DNA of 64,000 bases, from positions 5,518,001 to 5,582,000 of the forward strand of contig OZ116709.1 in assembly GCA_964199315.1 (NCBI GenBank), written 5' to 3'. Source of the stretch: Orbicella franksi. Its lineage: Eukaryota. Below are positions 59,912 to 64,000 of this stretch, piece by piece (position 1 is the stretch's first letter; each line of letters starts with the position of its first letter). The notes under the pieces are model-generated. The model ran no database searches, had not been told where the DNA came from, and saw nothing but the letters and a program-made list of their open reading frames with translations. Both the position numbers and the translations under genes were made by a program.

Positions 59912-62900
59912 ACTGTGGAAAGAGGGAGGATTGGGCACATCAATACTTGCGGTGTTCACAGTGCCATACTAGCCACTATTGTTCAAAAGTTTGTCAAAGG
60001 GAACATTGGGAGAAGCATAAGAAACTATGTCAAGCCATTAGCGAAGTTGAACTGAGGGAAAGGGCAAGTGTTGAAACATTGAAAACGTCGTTCAGTTCCC
60101 ACCTAACCCCGAGACAACGCTCTAAACTCACCAAATTAGTGGGAAGAAAATGTGTGGTTTCCTGCTTGATTCAAGGGGAAAAGGTGGATGCCCTGTGGGA
60201 TACCAGAGCTCAAGTTTGTGTTGTGTCCAAACATTGGAAAGAAATTAACCTACCAAACGAGCCAGTAAGAGACATAAGCGAGTTATTGGGGGAAGATGGA
60301 TTAAATCTCCAGGCCGTGAACGGTACAAAAATCGCATATGATGGCTGGATTGAGGTAGAGTTCCAGTTGGTTGGGGAGGACGGGTACTCGGAGCCATTGA
60401 CAGTACCCATACTAATAGGAAGTGAAGATAATCAGGAGTATCCCATCATCGGCTTTAATGTCATTGAAGAGGTCATTAAGAGGAGTAGTAGCCCCAACAC
60501 AACCAGCCTATTGCCCCGAATAGTGAATGACTCGTTCCCATCTGAGAAAGAGGGCGAAGCAAGAGCGCTGGTTAATTTCATCCAAAGTATGGATGATGAA
60601 GCTGACACCGGTATGCTCAGAGTCGGCAGACAAGACATACGTGTCCCACCAGGAGAGACTGTGAGAGTCAAATGTCAGGTACACTTTGGACTATTAGAAG
60701 AAGATTTGCCTGTTGTGTTTGAGCCCAAAGAGGAAGGGGCGTGGCCTGAGGGGCTAGAAGTTCAGGGCTGTCTCCACCGAATCTCCCCGAGGTCTTCGAG
60801 CCGAATGTATGTTCCAGTATGCAACAACACCGAACGAGAGATGACCTTACGTAGGCGGACAGAACTGGGCACTATACAGTTAGTGCAGTCCGTCACGCCA
60901 CTGCCAGTCGAAGCTGAACAGAAACAAGAGAAAGAGGAAGGTGAAACTTGGAGTGAGGCAACCAGTTATGAGTGGGAGCCAAGTCAGCCCGAACAAAGTA
61001 AAGCAAAGTGGACTCCCCCAGTTGACTTGAGCCATTTGTCAAGTGAGCAACGGGTGATTGTCAAGGAGATGTTGAGGGAAGAATCCGGGGCCTTCGCTAT
61101 AGATGATGGTGACATTGGATGTGCCGAACATTTGAAATTGGAAATCAACCTGAGAGATGACGTCCCAGTACAAAAAACATACAATTCAATTCCAAAGCCC
61201 TTGTACGAAGAGGTAAAGTCACACTTGCAGGATATGATCAATCGTGGTTGGATAAGCAACTCAAAGTCACCCTACTCTTCCCCAGTGGTGTGTGTGAGAA
61301 AAAAAGACGGCAGTCTGAGACTATGTGTTGACTATAGGCAGTTAAACAGCAAAACTGAGGATGACCGCCAGCCCATCCCTCGCATCCAAGACATCCTGAA
61401 TAGTCTCAGTGGGAACACTTACTTTTCAGTGTTAGACCAAGGAAAGGCATATCATCAAGGATTCGTAGCAGAAGAACACCGACATCTAACAGCGTTCATC
61501 ACCCCCTGGGGTTTATACCAGTGGAACCGGATTCCTTTTGGCCTTAAAAATGCACCGGCAGCTTACCAGAGGTACATGGAGAAATGCCTAGAAGGTCTCC
61601 GCGATGAAATATGTATTCCATATCTTGATGATGTCCTGGTGTACAGTAGAACATTTTCTGAGCATGTAGACAATGTGCGAAAGGTACTTAAACGTTTGCA
61701 GGAGTATGGTATCAAGTTGAAGCCAAAGAAATGTGAGTTGTTTAAGCCCCGTGTTCGTTACTTAGGCAGAATAGTCTCAGCAGATGGCTACACGATGGAC
61801 TCAGCAGACGTTGCAGCAGTGGCAGCCCTTAAGGAAACTAAACCAAGAACTGTTGGTGAATTGCGCAAACTCCTGGGTTTCATAAGCTATTACCGCCAAT
61901 ATATTCGCGACTTCTCCAGATTAGCCAAACCCCTTTATGACCTACTTTCAGTTAAAGAATGCAGTGACCAGCCCAGCAGAGCTAAAGGACAGAAAGAGCA
62001 CCCCAAGTGGACGTTGCCGACATCGAAAGGACAATCGTCATCAAATCACAAAATCCCGTGGAATGAAAGACACCAAGAGCGATTAAACTTCCTAATTGAA
62101 CTTCTTATGCAGCCAGGGGTAATGGCTTACCCTGACTTTGAACGACCATTTGTACTGCACACGGATGCCTCAAGCGAAGGACTTGGGGCGGTGCTCTACC
62201 AAGAACAAGGGGGGAAATTGACAGTTGTTGGCTATGGCTCAAGGACATTGACGCCGGCGGAACGGAACTACCACTTGCACTCAGGAAAGTTAGAATTCTT
62301 GGCCCTAAAGTGGGCAATTACTGACAAATTCAGGGATTACTTATTCTATGCTCCATCCTTCGCTGTTTTCACTGACAATAACCCGTTAACGTATGTGATG
62401 TCATCAGCAAAGTTGAATGCCACGGGGCATCGGTGGGTGGCCGAGTTAGCGGATTATAACTTTACAATCAAGTACCGACCGGGCAAGACTAATGTTGACG
62501 CGGATGTTCTGTCAAGAATCCCATTGGACATAGACAAGTATATGAGCGATTGTACAGAGGAAGTACCCAAAGATGTCCTTGAAGCAACCGTGGAAGCAGT
62601 AAGGGAACAGGCAAAAGGCACAATCCCATGGGTTACGGCAATTGCCGCAGACTTGACAACTCCTGAACCGACATTAAAGGATCTGAATCTAAGACCCTTC
62701 AGCCCTAGTGAAATCAAGGAGGCACAGCACTCGGATAGTGCTATATGCCGCGTGCTTTACTACAAGACACACGGGATCAAACCGGGTGGTGGCCAACTGA
62801 AGAATGAACCCCATGGAGTTACCAACCTTATGAGAGAATGGAAGAAACTGGAAGTTGATGAACATGGTATCCTGCGACGAAGAACAAGCTCTAAGATACA

Positions 62901-64000
62901 ATTAGTTCTGCCACACAACTTCATCCCAGTGGTACTTAAAGAACTACACACAGAGATGGGACACCTTGGAGTGGAGAGAGTCGCAGAACTTGCAAGGTCC
63001 CGCTTCTACTGGCCACATATGTACCGTGACATAGAGTATTTTGTGACACAACGTTGCAGATGCATCAAACAGAAGAAACCAAACACAGTCACGAAAGCAC
63101 CTATGATGCACCTGATGACATCAGCACCCTTTGAAGTAGTTTCCATTGATTTTCTGCATCTGGACAAGAGCAAAGGTGGATATGAATATGTACTGCTGAT
63201 TGTTGATAACTTTACCAAATATGCCCAAGCCTTTGCAACGCGCAACAAGACGGCCCGCACTGCTGCTGAGAAGATCTACAATGAGTTTATCCCAAGGTTC
63301 GGTTTCCCAGCACGAATACATCACGACCAAGGTGGTGAGTTTGAAAACAAATTGTTCCACAACCTAGAACGTCTCAGTGGAGTTGCCAGCTCGCGAACCA
63401 CTCTATACCACCCACAGGGCAATGGCCAGGTAGAACGCATGAACCGAACGTTACTCTCGATGCTAAGGACCCTCCCGGAGGAAAAGAAATCGAACTGGAA
63501 AGATTCCTTAAACAAGCTTATACATGCGTACAACTGCACAAGACACGAAACGACTGGGTTCTCGCCATTTTACCTGATGTTTGGCCGTTCCCCACGATTA
63601 CCAGTTGATTTGCTGTTTGACCTAGACAACGACCTTCAACAGGGTGATTACCAGGACTATGTAAAGACGTGGCAAGCAGATATGAGACGGGCCTACGACC
63701 TAGCATCTAGGAACACCCAGAAATCGTCAGCCAGGAGTAAAGTGTATTACGACAAGAAGGCTTCCGCAGCAGTCCTATTCCCCGGCGACCGCGTACTTGT
63801 TAGAAACCTTTCAGAAAGGGGAGGACCTGGAAAGCTCCGTTCACACTGGGAAGAGCAAATTTATGTAGTTGAGGAACGCATATCTGATAGTCCAGTCTAT
63901 CGAGTAAAGCCAGAACTTGGCCGTGGGAAACAACGAGTGTTACACCGTAACTTGCTACTTCTTTGTGATGCTTTACCACTGCCTAAACCAACGAGAGCAT
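59836..64000 (+). CDS. pol: Gypsy Pol in the -1 frame: MYND finger, aspartic protease, dUTPase-like insert, RT, RNase H, integrase; runs off the window end
   Basis: Translated by hand with no stop from 59836 to 64000. LWDTRAQV (60193-60216), [12 protein letters not shown] (61621), LHTDAS, integrase H-x4-H..CxC, SIDF/HHDQG/QVERMN DDE core, GPY/F-like [11 protein letters not shown]. Confidence 0.93.

Noticed and set aside
59330-63706. Several minus-strand ORFs over gag/pol
   Set aside because: Antisense shadows of the long open plus-strand frames, with no motifs of their own.

Overview
Eukaryotic, AT-rich, intron-rich genomic DNA, most consistent with an anthozoan cnidarian, probably a stony coral (inferred from gene content and repeat types). 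Most of the supplied short ORFs are noise; the real genes had to be spliced by eye. Host genes, left to right: (1) first coding exon of a tropomyosin-like gene (-, 1528-1950; the rest lies left of the window); (2) a Sulfotransfer_4-like pseudogene fragment; (3) a chimeric gene (11679-20381, +) joining a TTC4/Cns1-like TPR module, which carries a U12-type minor intron, to about 16 40-aa TPR repeats and a CHAT (caspase-like) domain lacking its catalytic Cys; (4) a 10-exon astacin-MAM metalloprotease (23221-30420, +); (5) a convergent WAP-thyroglobulin-thyroglobulin-trypsin protease (-, 33231-42346, first exon not found) with a furin-type activation site and Tyr at oxyanion-hole position 193; (6) the 5' half of GDPGP1 (55072-58057, +). 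Mobile DNA: two independent ~2-kb TTAA-flanked Kolobok-like elements with no DDE transposase but remnants of convergent THAP and P2X7-ballast-like genes; a nested 752-bp TTAA element; several MITEs; a Penelope-like element with an inverted terminal duplication, 12-bp TSD and hammerhead-like motifs; a decayed RTE LINE; a tRNA-derived SINE; and a nearly intact Ty3/Gypsy element in a GDPGP1 intron. The Gypsy pol frame (missed by the ORF track) is open for more than 4 kb after a canonical -1 slippery site and starts with a complete MYND zinc finger. No rRNA, tRNA gene or CRISPR array was seen. Family assignments come from manual translation and remembered consensus motifs, not database searches.
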